This document shows, piece after piece, positions 63,511 through 64,000 of a stretch of 64,000 nucleotides of DNA (position 1 is its first letter; every line of letters starts with the position of its first letter). The DNA is taken from positions 24,738,001-24,802,000 of the forward strand of contig CM120642.1 of the NCBI GenBank assembly GCA_051362555.1. Reading direction: 5' to 3'. The position numbers were made by a program, and so were the translations under genes. Origin of the DNA: Lingula anatina (Eukaryota; Animalia; Brachiopoda). A model generated the notes under the pieces. It saw only the letters and a program-made list of their open reading frames with translations. It was not told where the DNA came from and made no database searches.

Positions 63511-64000
63511 TAAGCCCAGTGTTTTTTGCGTATAGGCGAACTCTTTTAATGTATTGGAATAACTGATTAAAACAGCGTTTCTGTGGAAAACGAACACCAA
63601 CCTTGTGACCATTAGTATTGCTTCAATCGAAGCTTGTAATTGATGGAATCTCAAAATACACCGAAGCACTGTAGGCCTATTTAAATCTCACGTGATTAAG
63701 ATTTCACTGAAAAATAGATTTTTTTTTATAATTACAACTTATACTGGGCAGTCACTGTTAATATAATCAAATATCTTCGGTTTTAGCGGTGTTTGATTGA
63801 ATCTAGGCAGCGAAAAAAATCCGGATAATATTTCAATAGTCCTTGGAGATACCATGATCTCTTCTGATTTATATTAGTGTCGGCTGAAACTCCGAGGAGA
63901 ATCTTGGCGATGGAAAGGGGGCGATGGCCGAGGAGGAATCCAGGTCAACTTTACTATGCAACTGGGAGACTTTTGTCTACATTTCTAGCTGGACAGATGT

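Overview
AT-rich, intron-containing metazoan (invertebrate-like) genomic DNA. I found no prokaryotic features, rRNA, tRNA or CRISPR. By tracing splice sites I can assemble five protein-coding genes: (1) the last two exons of a FAIM-like gene (288-2202, +); (2) a 5-exon secreted protein with two Ly6/uPAR (three-finger, quiver-like) domains and a Pro/Gly/Tyr repeat tail (9405-13071, +); (3) a 2-exon, 72-aa secreted peptide with 8 mature Cys in a CX3C helical-hairpin pattern, whose second exon is absent from the ORF track (21257-19560, -); (4) an 18-exon ADAMTSL2-like gene (24652-46226, +); and (5) an AJM1-like gene whose 6.8-kb exon is probably spliced to an upstream exon carrying a transmembrane-like segment (61484-49275, -). 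Mobile DNA includes a very young Penelope-like retroelement with an inverted pLTR, a 33-bp tail, a TSD and putative minimal hammerhead ribozymes, nested inside a Tc1/mariner MITE. There are also L2-type LINE fragments, two 5-bp-TSD hAT-like MITEs, a 1-kb IS3EU-like foldback element, several small MITEs and a 34-36-bp minisatellite. The most intriguing signals are a 16-nt identity between the Penelope 3' hairpin and the DNA beside its insertion site, the CX3C peptide, the double-LU Pro/Tyr protein and the possibly membrane-anchored AJM1. All family assignments come from remembered motifs, not database searches.
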